From positions 1,280,001-1,344,000 of the forward strand of contig CAXXXD010000002.1 of NCBI GenBank assembly GCA_963663385.2: a stretch of 64,000 nucleotides of DNA, read 5' to 3'. Each line of letters begins with the position of its first letter. Within the stretch, counting starts at the first letter, position 1. Below are positions 51,374 through 61,270 of the stretch, one piece after another. The translations under genes were made by a program, and so were the position numbers. The stretch comes from Oceanispirochaeta sp. Lineage in GTDB: Bacteria; Spirochaetota; Spirochaetia; DSM-2461. Below the pieces are notes generated by a model. It was not told where the DNA came from. It saw only the letters and a list, made by a program, of their open reading frames with translations, and made no database searches.

Positions 51374-52899
51374 TCATTTATCCTGGGGCGGTACTGAAGG
51401 GCCTCGGCCATATGCTGCGCGGCCACCTCCTTTTCTCCTTCCAGATCGGCAATGGTCCGGGCCAGTTTAATAACCTTCAGATAGGAGCGGGCCGATAGCT
51501 GGAAAGCTTCCGCCGCCTCGGCCAGCATCATACGGGGTTCCTTTTCCAGCTTTACATGTTCCTTTATCTGCCTGTTTTTCATCTCCGAATTGGTCTGGAT
51601 CGTGTCGTTTCTAAACCGTTCCCTCTGGATTTTTCTGGCGGCGGCGACCCTCTCCCGGATACGGCTCGAAGGTTCTTTTCTGCCGGAACCTTCCATTCCC
51701 CGGCTGAGCTTGCGGATATCCACAACCGGTACATCCACATGAAGGTCAATCCGGTCCAGAATCGGTCCGGAGAGCTTCTTCCGGTAACGGTGTATCTCCC
51801 GGGGGGTGCAGACACACTCCTTTGACTCATCGTTCAGAAAGCCGCAGGGACAGGGGTTGGCCGCCGCTATAAGGATAAACCGGGAGGGGTAGGTGACCCT
51901 CTCCAGACTCCGGGCAATGGTCAGCTGCCCGTCTTCCAGGGGCTGACGCAGGGCTTCGATGGTGGAACGGGGAAATTCGTTGAACTCATCCAGAAAGAGG
52001 ATCCCCCTGTGGGCCAGGCTGATCTCTCCCGGCTGGGGATGGGAACCGCCTCCCACAAGACCGGCCTGGGAGATGATATGGTGGGGGGATCGGAAGGGCC
52101 TTGCCGTAATAAGGGAACCCCCCGGGGGGATGTTTCCGGTGCTGGAGTATATCCTGGTTACTTCCAGGGACTCCTCTTCGCTTAAGGGAGGAAGGATTCC
52201 CGGCAGGGCCCGGGCCAGCATGGTTTTTCCCGAACCCGGCGAACCCACCATCAGAACATTGTGGCCCCCGGCCGCGGCGATTTCCAGGGCCCGTTTCGCC
52301 TGTTCCTGACCCACCACGTCGGCCATATCAAATTCCGTCTGAGACCTGTCCGTCCTGTTCTGAGAACGGTACACCGCCGGTTCCAGTTCGGTCTCCTCCT
52401 CCAGGAAGCGGACAATCTGTTTCAGGTCCTTTACCGGGTATATCCTGATGCCCCTGACCACCGAAGCTTCATTGGCGGACTCCTCGGGGACGAAAACCGA
52501 ATGCATCCCCATCTCTTTGGCAAAAAGAGCCGCCAGGAGAGCCCCTTTGGTATGCCTCAGGGAACCGTCCAGGGAGAGTTCTCCGAAAAACAGGGAATCA
52601 TCGGGGATATCGAACCCCACAATATCCGACAGGATGCCCAGAGCAATGGGGAAGTCATAGAACGCTCCGTTTTTGGGTACGTCTCCCGGAGCCAGGTTGA
52701 CCGTTATCCGGCGCATGGGAAAGCTGAAGCCGCCGTTGACCAGAGCGGTTTTAACCCTCTCCCGGCTCTCGCCGACAGCCTTGTTGGGCATCCCCACCAG
52801 GTCGAAGGCGGGCAATCCCTTACTGGCAATATTGACTTCCACATCGATTTTAATGGTATTCAGCCCCGAAAAGGAGACCGAGGTGACTTTTATCAACAC
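51370..52899 (-). CDS. comM: ComM/YifB Mg-chelatase-like AAA+ ATPase
   Basis: ESRERV, ITVNLAP, GELSLDG, GSPGSGKTML, PGEISLAHRG, NPCPCG, SGPILDRID. Confidence 0.95.
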   Translation of the reverse strand: MLIKVTSVSFSGLNTIKIDVEVNIASKGLPAFDLVGMPNKAVGESRERVKTALVNGGFSFPMRRITVNLAPGDVPKNGAFYDFPIALGILSDIVGFDIPDDSLFFGELSLDGSLRHTKGALLAALFAKEMGMHSVFVPEESANEASVVRGIRIYPVKDLKQIVRFLEEETELEPAVYRSQNRTDRSQTEFDMADVVGQEQAKRALEIAAAGGHNVLMVGSPGSGKTMLARALPGILPPLSEEESLEVTRIYSSTGNIPPGGSLITARPFRSPHHIISQAGLVGGGSHPQPGEISLAHRGILFLDEFNEFPRSTIEALRQPLEDGQLTIARSLERVTYPSRFILIAAANPCPCGFLNDESKECVCTPREIHRYRKKLSGPILDRIDLHVDVPVVDIRKLSRGMEGSGRKEPSSRIRERVAAARKIQRERFRNDTIQTNSEMKNRQIKEHVKLEKEPRMMLAEAAEAFQLSARSYLKVIKLARTIADLEGEKEVAAQHMAEALQYRPRINE

Positions 52900-53820
52900 G
52901 GCCTGCCTCCCGCCTTTTCTGCAAGCAGTTCCGCAGCCAGAGGGGAGTAGCGGCCATCCTGAAAAACGAGGACCCCCTTCAGGGTCAGTACGGTCAGTTC
53001 CGCTCCGATCCGGGAGGAGGACTCCCCCAGGTTACGGGTGATTTCATCGGCGGTCATGGGCTCCCGGAAGAGGCGTTCCAGGATGGCCCTCTGCAGTTTA
53101 TTGAGCTTCAGGGGGAATCCTTCGATTTTCCGGTTCCGGAAAGGCCCGTTTTCTCCGCCGTACTCCTTCAGGATATCAGCGGATTCCGTTACAACCGAAG
53201 CCCCCTGTTTCAAAAGCAGGGCCGTTCCCCGGGAGACGCTGCTGGTCAGAGGGCCGGGCAGAGCGTATATTTTTTTGTTGTACCGACGGGCGATTTTTGC
53301 TGTAATCAGGGCGCCGCTTTTAATCCCCGCCTCTATCACCAGAAGCAGAGGGGCAAGCCCTGCCACAATCCTGTTCCGCCGGGGGTAGGTCCAGAGGGCA
53401 GGCGGGGTATTCCCCGGGTATTCGGAGAGGATCAGTCCGCCGCTGTCCAGTATTTTCCCGTACAGTTCATCCTGATAGTCCGGATGGATACGCTCTATCC
53501 CGCAGGGCATGACGGCTATGGTCCGTCCCCCTGCACTGACCGCAGCTGCATGGGCTGCGGCGTCTATGCCGTACATAAAACCGGATATGACCGTAACCCC
53601 CGCTTCGGCTATATCCCTGACCAGTGATCCTGTCATATTTTCCCCGTACCGGGTCATTTTGCGGGCGCCCCACCACACTGACGGTTTTTTCAAATAGTTC
53701 CGGGTTCCATTCGCCCCGGCAGTAGAGGATATCCGGGGGGTCTTTTATCTGTTTTAGAAGAGCAGGGTACTCATGGCTTTTGATATCTATTTCCTTAATA
53801 CTAAGTATATCTTTCATCAA
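52893..53820 (-). pseudogene. dprA: DNA-processing protein DprA, split by a +1 frameshift (or sequencing error)
   Basis: ORF 53467-53820 gives YPALLKQIKDPP...VSVVG; ORF 52893-53693 continues ARKMTRYG...RNRIVAGL...EAGIKSGALITA. Removing one base of the C4 run at 53668-53671 gives one 308-aa frame. Confidence 0.88.
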
Positions 53821-53967
53821 TCCCTTTTACGGGGAATGGGAAAGGGCTGCTTCAACAGTTGTTGAAAATATCTGCTTTTTGAAGAATTTCGCCCATTTTA
53901 TTGAATTGAATGGCAAGTTCCTGCTGTTATTGACTGTAAATACAGAGTAAAATTAAAGGAGATTACA

Positions 53968-54421
53968 GTGGGAGAAGCAGAGGTGGACCAGAATCAGCTG
54001 GAACAGATTGGGGATTATGTCAAAAGTAATATCGGTCAGTGGCTGAGAGATCAGCATATAATACCCTTTCCCGAAAGGGATAGAGGACTTGACCGGGAAT
54101 TGCTTGACCGCATGATTACGGTCGAACAGCAGTTGAAGTTTCAGAATGAGAAAATTGAGATGATGCTTGATCAGTCCGCAAAAAACTTTGATGCCATGGA
54201 AAAACGGTTTGAAACTGTAGATAAACGGTTTTGAGGAAATGCACTACTCAATGGATAAACGTTTTGAAGCAGTCGATAAACGTTTTGAAGCAGTCGATAA
54301 GCGTTTTGAAGACATGCAGCACTATATGGATAAGCGGTTTAATGTGATGACCGGTTTTATGGCATTTGGTTTTACCCTGATCACAGTTCTTATGTCTTTA
54401 TACAAATTTATTGTGGTGTAG
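53968..54421 (+). pseudogene. DKRFE-repeat coiled-coil protein with C-terminal TM (Bdr/DUF1640-like), +1 frameshift
   Basis: ORFs 53968-54234 and 54239-54421 join into 150 aa by removing one T of tttt at 54229-54232; colinear with the intact paralog at 61271-61702. Confidence 0.8.
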
Positions 54422-54451
54422 ACTTTTTTTATGACTAATTCCTTGTCACCG

Positions 54452-56222
54452 TCAGGGGAGTAAATCCTCCTCTTTCTTCAACAGATTCTGGAATTTCCGG
54501 ATATCCTCCTTTCGTACGGCAAATCTCCGTCCTTCCATACGGGAGAAAAGGGGCGAATCCATACCGTTCAGGTAATCAGCCAGAGTCCTGTCCTCCTCTG
54601 TGAGAACATATACCACCCAGTCCGCTTCTATCCTCAGTTTCACAAAGCGCTTCATAACCCGGGCGCGGAACTCCTCCCAGACCGGCGGCAGGGATTGGCC
54701 GCAGTACCGTTCCAGAGCGGCAAAGCGTGCTTCATAGTCCTCCCGGGTAGGGCAGGACCGGGCCAGAAGTTCCTCGTTTACCAGAAAAATATTGTTCCCC
54801 ACGGGGGTTCCGATGCTCCTGAAGAAGCCGGCGGCCGCTTTGTCTTCCGGATCCACCCGGGCCGTCAGAAACCGTTCATCCAGTGTTACCTGTTTTTTAC
54901 CTGTCTTTACGGTCCCATCATAATTCTCTTTCAGGCCGAACACATAGCGGCCCAGGGGGGTCATCCTGACAGCATGGAAAAGGTCTCCCTCTGCGGCACC
55001 CGGCCCGTCATCCCAGGCCAGCTCAAAAAGTCCCAGGGCGGCCCAGAGGACAAAGAGAGCCCGGAAAAAGGGCCTGTAGACCTCATTCCTGTAGTCCAGT
55101 TCGCTGTACAGGTAGACTTTCTCTTTATAGCTATGGCCAATATCGTAAAAAGTCTCCTCCACATAGTGCATATCCCCGTCGGGCATAAGGGGCAGGGCCG
55201 TGGACATCCTGCCGAAGACATTCAGGCAGGCCTCGGGATTCACCCAGCCCTGAAAGGGCCATTTTGTAAAAAGGACTTCGAAGTGGGGCATATGACTGCG
55301 CCGGAACTCACGGCTACTCTCCAGATAGTACGCTTTGGACTTTACCCTGATATGGGGCAGGAGGGTCCGCATATCAAAACTCGGTCTGACCGCTCCGGAA
55401 ATAGGCGCTTACCGCCTCTTTCAGAAATGTAAGGGCCTGTGTATCATCCGCAGGAGGTTCGGGGACAGGTTTTTTTTCTGAGGAGCAGTGGAAGCTGATA
55501 AATTCCAGGATCATTCTGAGCCTTCTGAAACCGTCATAACTGTCTGTATCGAAACCGAAGGGGGTCAGGATTCCCATGGCGGCTGCTTTTTTCAGGAGCG
55601 GTTTGGGTACCTTCTCCGTATAAGAGCGTTTAAAAAATCCCAGGTCCTTCAGCCTGTTTACAAGGGCGTGATAGTTCTGAAGAAATTCCTCTCCCTCTTC
55701 TTCTGTAAAGCGGAATTCCCCCGGGTTTGTCTCCCGGTCCAGGTCTTTCTCTTTGGGGGGGCGCCATAAACTCCGAAAAATTTCCCGCAGACCGGGGTGG
55801 ATAAACACGGAGCGTCCATAATGCTGCTTCAGATAGAAGGGCGCCGGCAGGTCCAGGTTTCCCGACGAATGAAAACCGCCGTATCCTCCGCTTTTTTCAG
55901 GGGGAATCTCAAAGGCTTCGGCCAGTTCCGGGCCGTCCTGCATGCCGTCCCAGGCGCAGAGACGGATAATCTCCCGGGCGGTCTCCCCCAGGCTGACTAT
56001 AAGGGCCTCAAAAAGACGGGCGTTCCCGTAGAGCCTGGCCACCAGGGAGCAGAGATCGGCCTTTCGGGTTATATGCCTGTCCAGGGTGTAAAAGTTCAAA
56101 GCTCCCAGTATTTTTTTCAGTTCATCCACCGTATGAATCCCGGCGGTCTCCTCGATCAGATCCCGGGAGGGCTCTGCGGATTCAAGGAGTTGATACAGCT
56201 CTTCCATTTCCAGTAAATCCAT
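54452..56222 (-). pseudogene. Large hypothetical SNF2-partner protein (~589 aa), +1 frameshift
   Basis: ORFs 55374-56252 and 54452-55372 join (GQTEF-DMRTLLP) by removing one A of aaaa at 55376-55379; starts 1 nt after the SNF2 stop with GGAGG upstream. Confidence 0.7.
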
Positions 56223-56223
56223 C

Positions 56224-59054
56224 CTACACCTCCCTCTGAAGCAGGTAGTCAATATCTTCCCCGCTCAGGGCTTTTACCGCCCCGCTGTCCGAAGAGATCA
56301 GGGCCGAGACCAGCTCTGTTTTTTTTGCCTGCAGTTCCAGCATCTTCTCTTCGATGGTACCCCGGCTGATCAGACGGTAGCAGAACACATTGTTTTTCTG
56401 GCCTATCCGGTGGGTCCGGTCTATGGCCTGCTGTTCCGCCCCCCGGTTCCACCAGGGGTCCAGAATATACACATAGTCCGCTCCGGTCAGGTTCAGGCCC
56501 ACCCCTCCTGTTTTCAGGGTCATAAGAAACACCTTATACTCCCGGGAGTCCTGAAAGGCCTCCACCAGTTCCGCCCGGTTGCGGGTGGCCCCGGTCATGG
56601 TCAGCCAGGGAATCCCCGCCTCTTCCAGTTTTCTCTCCATTATCTCCACGCTTCCCAGAAAGTTTGTAAAAATCAGACAGCGGTGCCCCTCGGCGGTTAC
56701 CTCTCCCAGATGGTCCAGCAGGGCGTCCCACTTGGCCGAAGCCACTTCCCCGTCGGTTTTCGATTCGGGTACCGATGCCAGCTGCCGCAGCTCCAGCAGC
56801 CCCTGGAGAATGAGGAACCGGGACTTTTCCACCCCTTCTACGGCAATCTTCTCTTTTATTACCTTCTCGTAAAAACGGCGCCTCTCCTCATAGAGGCGCA
56901 GCTGTTCCCCTTCCATCTCCACAAAAAGGGTCTGTTCGCTCTTTTCGGGCAGTTCCGCCGCCACCTGCTGTTTCAGCCTTCTCAGGGTAAAGGGGGCAAT
57001 CCGGCCGGAAAGGATTCTCAGGGCGGTTTCATCCCCGTTTTTCTGTATGGGAGAGGCAAACTCCCGGTTAAAGGCCGACTCTGTTCCCAGCAGGGCGGGG
57101 TTCAGAAAGCGGAAGAGCGAATACACTTCGCTCAGCCTGTTTTCCACGGGGGTGCCGCTCAGGGCCAGCCGGTGTTCTCCCTTCAGTAGCATGACCGCCC
57201 GGGATATCCGGGATGAACTGTTGCGGATGGCCTGGGCTTCATCCAGAACAATATAGGCAAAATCCCTTAACTGCAGAGCTTCGATGTCGTTCCGCACCAG
57301 GGCGTAGGTTGTCAGGATAATCCTGCTTTTCTCCGCCTCTTCCAGATCACGCTGCGCACCGTAGTAGGTATGAACCGTCAAATCCGGAGCAAAGCGTTTC
57401 AGCTCGGTCTTCCAGTTGTAAAGGAGGCTGCGGGGCAGCACAATCAGACTGGGATGCTTTACTTTTTTCTTTGTGCTTCCATTGTAATAATCTGCCAGCA
57501 GGGCGATGGTCTGGATGGTTTTACCCAGACCCATATCGTCGGCCAGGCACCCTCCCAGTTTATGCTTCTGCAGATAGGCCAGCCACTTAACCCCGTAAAC
57601 CTGATAGTCCCGGAGGGTTCCCTTCAGCCCTCTGCATCCGGGAGGGAGGGGGCTTTCTTCTATCCGGTTGAATCCTTCGAACAGTTCCCGGCTCCGGTCC
57701 ATCCCGGCTCCTGTAATTTTTGCGTCTATCAGCTGTTCCAGCAGGGGCAGGTCAAAGAGGGACACCCGGTAGTTCCCCTCCTTTTTCCGGTATTTCCCCA
57801 CCAGTCGGCGCAGGGCTTTTATATACCCTGTATCCAGAATGGCTTTGCTGCCGTCGGAGAGGGTATGTAGAGGTTTTCATCATAAAGCTTCAGGGCTTCT
57901 TCCAGGGGAAAGCTCTCCTCCCCCAGCTCCAGGGTTCCGGTTCCCTCAAAATAATCAATTCCCGATCCCGTCTGAAAGCTGAACCGGGGGTTTACCTTTT
58001 TCAGTTTAAGTTTCTGCAGGGCTTCTGTGCCGAAAAGCCGGTACCGGGAGGCTATCTCCCCAATGTGGGCGCTCAAAAAAGGAAGGGCCAGTTCGGCGGA
58101 GAGGTAGAAGGCCTCGTCCTCCACGGCGTAACCGCTGCTCAGGCCTTCCTGTTTCTCCAGTTTTTTCAGGGTGTGCACAAACCCTTTCAGGGAGTCCTCC
58201 TTTTCCGGGTAGCGGAGCTCCCTCCGGGTAAAGCGCTTTTTCTCATGATCCGCCCGGATCAGCGACACGGGCCGGTAGGTTGTTATAAAATCCAGGGGAT
58301 ACCCTTCAAGATACCACCGGGCCGTTACCTTCAGGGCTCCTTCTTCTGTAAGGGAATCAAAACACAGGGCATGCTCCGCTTCGGCCGGGCCGGTTTCCGC
58401 CCACTCATACCCCTCCATCCGGATGGCCACATGGGAAAACAGGGAGGAGAAGAGGGAGAGTGTCCGGTCCAGTTCATCCCTCCCGATCCATCCTGTCAGG
58501 TCCCCGAGCCTGTTGTAATGACTCCCCAGGGAGGCCGTGTTATAGAGTTCGTCCGACGAGAGCACCAGATCCCGGGAGAGGGCCCGCCCAAAGGGTTTCT
58601 CCTCTCCGGCGGAGCGGAGGGTCAGCTTCAGTGTGAATCCCTCCCGGCGGGGAGCAAGCTGCAGAACAGGCTGTGCCCCGGCCCCCGTATCCCGCAGCGG
58701 GCTCTGGGGGTTCCGCCAGTACAGGGAAATCCCCGCTTCCCGTATATCCTGCAGGAGCCCGGGGTACTCATCCAGGTAGAGGCCGTCCTTCTCCCCCGTC
58801 CAGGAGAAGTTTCCTGTCCGGCCGGCCTGAATATCCAGTATCTGGCGGTTGACGGAGCGCCGGGCGGGATCATCTTCCCGGCCGTGGGGCAGCCGTTCCC
58901 GGCCCCGTGCGTCTGTAAGGCGGATAAAGCAGCGGTCCGATGAATCGGGTTCCAGTATAAAAAAGAGCTCTTCTTCCGCTCCTGCGGGGGAAGGGATGCC
59001 TGTTTCTGCTTCTGCCAGGCGGCAGATTGTGTCAAAGGGGGAGGGGCTGTTCAT
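56224..59054 (-). pseudogene. SNF2-family helicase (~943 aa), -1 frameshift
   Basis: LRDYQ, LADDMGLGKT, DEAQ, LSGTPVEN, GGVGLNL, QAIDRTHRIGQ. Adding one base to ggg at 57861-57863 restores YIPLSDGSKAILDTGYIKALRRLVGKY. Confidence 0.88.
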
Positions 59055-59089
59055 GGGAAAATTATAGGGGGAAAGTTTTATTGAATCAA

Positions 59090-59180
59090 ACCCCTCTCAA
59101 TCTCCCCACAGGGGAGACGTCAATTCGGTTTCCCTTCCTGTGAAGGGGTCAGGGGAGGCCGCGAGGAGTGGGGGAGGTCG
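59090..59180. repeat. REP-like C-rich/G-rich palindromic element
   Basis: acccctctcaatctcccc-aca-ggggaga...ggggtcaggggaggcc; colinear with 31351-31467 but lacking the ~40-nt insert. Confidence 0.7.
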
Positions 59181-59201
59181 GGAGAGGTAAGACAAATACT
59201 C

Positions 59202-60140
59202 TCAAATAAATAGTTGAAACCTTTTTTCGAATAGTTCCAGGTATTTCTGCCTGGATGAGTCTTTCAGGAGTGAATCCTGTATAATCTGCTGTGTGGCCTC
59301 TCTTCTTTTTTCAAATCTTTTATGAATATTCATTATCTGCTTTTCTGTCAGTGTTAAGGAATCACCCAACGCAATGAAATCCCCAAGTTTGAGTTTTCTT
59401 CTTTTCCCGTTTATGGAGAGAGCGGATTCATCGGGGTCATTTTTTTCAGGGATAACAAGCCGAGTGTTCAGCAGATCATAGGCTGGAGCCAGGGTCGTAC
59501 CGGATTCAGTGTAGATAAGGGAGTAGTTTTTCAGGTGCATATCCGAATTCCCGGTCAGATAGGAAAATAGAACCAGTTCGTAAAAACGGAGAGCGTCAAG
59601 GAGTCTGTTTTCACAGTTTTTCAGTATGATTTTGCCTATCTGCTCTACCGATCCCCTGTATTTATCTTCCGTCATCTTTTCCAGGAGCTGAGCCATATCC
59701 TCCATATGGATCTTTTTATTTTTCATCCGGTCAATTCGTTTTGTAACATAGGCAATCTCTCCCGAAGCCATCGGCAGCAGGGCATGAGGAACAGTCTGAA
59801 TTCCTAATGAATCGGCCAGGCACATGGTCAAAAACTCATTTTCCGGAAGCTGTTCATACTGTTCCACCTGAGGTTTCAGAATATAATCTCCCCATAAACC
59901 CACAAATGTCAGCTTGTTCTCATGGGACTCTTTTTGTATTGTCAGAGACAGTTTTTTTTGTACGCCTGTCATGGCTGTCTTCTGACGGATTATCCGGCCG
60001 GCCAGTTTTTTCAGATCCTTTGTATCAAAAGGTATTTTGGGCGGTTTGGTCATCCCGAACATTTTACGGGAACAGGATGGGTGGTAGCGCTGTTCCTCTT
60101 TTAAACACGGCTTTCCGCAGATAAGGCAGATTTCACTCAT
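59202..60140 (-). CDS. HipA-family kinase toxin (HipA_C / HipT-like)
   Basis: TGVQKKL, YILKP, GNSDMHLKNYS, LAPAYDLL; N-terminal CxxC...HxxC. Confidence 0.92.
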   Translation of the reverse strand: MSEICLICGKPCLKEEQRYHPSCSRKMFGMTKPPKIPFDTKDLKKLAGRIIRQKTAMTGVQKKLSLTIQKESHENKLTFVGLWGDYILKPQVEQYEQLPENEFLTMCLADSLGIQTVPHALLPMASGEIAYVTKRIDRMKNKKIHMEDMAQLLEKMTEDKYRGSVEQIGKIILKNCENRLLDALRFYELVLFSYLTGNSDMHLKNYSLIYTESGTTLAPAYDLLNTRLVIPEKNDPDESALSINGKRRKLKLGDFIALGDSLTLTEKQIMNIHKRFEKRREATQQIIQDSLLKDSSRQKYLELFEKRFQLFI

Positions 60141-60466
60141 TATTCGGTTCTCTCCATGGGGTAAACCGAAACGGCGCCGATACAGTCCTTGCAGCAGCTC
60201 AGAAGGAGACCCATTCTATCCCTTTCGTTCAGTTTCCAGTTGGATTCGGCAATCCTGAGAAGCCATCCTTCCGGAATCAGTCCGTCAAAAAAAGGAAAGA
60301 GTGTTTTATTGTAAAAGGAGGCTTTCTGCAGGGGGAGGGTAAGACTGATACAGTGCGGGGTATCAGACTTTAAATACTCTTCATGGTAGGTAAAATGGTA
60401 TCCATCATCATTCTCAACAAGAATCCCTGCCGCCTGCTCCCGGTAGAATATTTCAGCTTTGCGCAT
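60140..60466 (-). CDS. HipA N-terminal domain protein (Couple_hipA / HipS-like)
   Basis: AGILVE...YHFTY...ISLTLP...LFPFFDGLIPEGW...DCIGAVS. Confidence 0.9.
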   Translation of the reverse strand: MRKAEIFYREQAAGILVENDDGYHFTYHEEYLKSDTPHCISLTLPLQKASFYNKTLFPFFDGLIPEGWLLRIAESNWKLNERDRMGLLLSCCKDCIGAVSVYPMERTE

Positions 60467-60665
60467 AATCCATCCTTGCAGGAACCATTTTCATTCCAAA
60501 AAGGGCCAGAACCTGATTTATTTTGTCCAGTCTGAGACTCTCCTTTCCCTGTTCCATATCGCGAATAAACCGTAAACCCACACCGGCCCTGTCGGCCAGG
60601 TCCTGCTGGGTCATTCCCAGCTGAGATCGTTTCTGCTTTAATACTTGAATCAGCTCTTCGGTCAT
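60453..60665 (-). CDS. HipB-like XRE/HTH regulator
   Basis: KRSQLGMTQQDLADRAGVGLRFIRDMEQGK...LRLDKINQVL. Confidence 0.9.
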   Translation of the reverse strand: MTEELIQVLKQKRSQLGMTQQDLADRAGVGLRFIRDMEQGKESLRLDKINQVLALFGMKMVPARMDYAQS

Positions 60666-60667
60666 AC

Positions 60668-60765
60668 TATACCATATCGGGTATAAAATGTGTTTTCAAT
60701 AAGAAATTATACCCGATATGGTATAAAGTGGTACTTTTGGAAGAAAATATACCTGATCGGGTATA
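60668..60765. promoter_or_regulatory. Three TATACC-N6-GGTATA operators and putative promoter of the hip operon
   Basis: Sites at 60668-60685, 60708-60725, 60748-60765; minus strand reads TTGAAA-N17-TATGGT-N5-ATG. Confidence 0.8.
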
Positions 60766-60780
60766 TTTGGAGCTTTTCTG

Positions 60781-61095
60781 TCAGTTATTTTTTTCAGAAA
60801 AAACAGCGGGGGAGACATTAAAGCGTTTGCTCAGGTTTTCGATATGTTCCCGGTTCAGTTTTCTTTTGCCTCTTAGAATTTCAGAGACAACCCCCTGGGA
60901 TCCTATCTCCTGATAAAGATCTTTCTGCTTAAGCCCGTACTCTTTCATAAAATATTTCAACATGGAAATTCCGTCAGGTTCATCTATTACAGAATGAGCA
61001 TCATCATAGATTTCAATAATAAGTGTAAGCAGTTCCATCACGGGATACAGTGTGTGTTCTCTGTTTCCATTGACCTTTTCATTTATTCTTGTCAT
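60781..61095 (-). CDS. HigA-like HTH antitoxin/regulator, no cognate toxin adjacent
   Basis: LTLIIEIYD...LKYFMKEYGLKQKDL...IGSQGVVSEILRGKRKLNREHIENLSKRFNVSPAVF. Confidence 0.8.
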   Translation of the reverse strand: MTRINEKVNGNREHTLYPVMELLTLIIEIYDDAHSVIDEPDGISMLKYFMKEYGLKQKDLYQEIGSQGVVSEILRGKRKLNREHIENLSKRFNVSPAVFSEKNN

Positions 61096-61270
61096 GCTCT
61101 GCCTGTGTTAAAAATATCCTATATGAGATATTTGTCAATGTTTAAATTTTTAAGCATCTCTCATCAGGAATTCAGATAAAATCAGACTTTTAATACTTAT
61201 ATTCTGAAGCAGTACCGGAATTTGGTCTGTTAATAGCTGTGAAAACGCAGTAATATTAATGGAGACTATT

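Noticed and set aside
60668..60765. Possible mini-CRISPR (18-bp repeats, 22-bp spacers)
   Set aside because: Too short, palindromic with a variable centre, and overlapping the hip promoter; better explained as operators.
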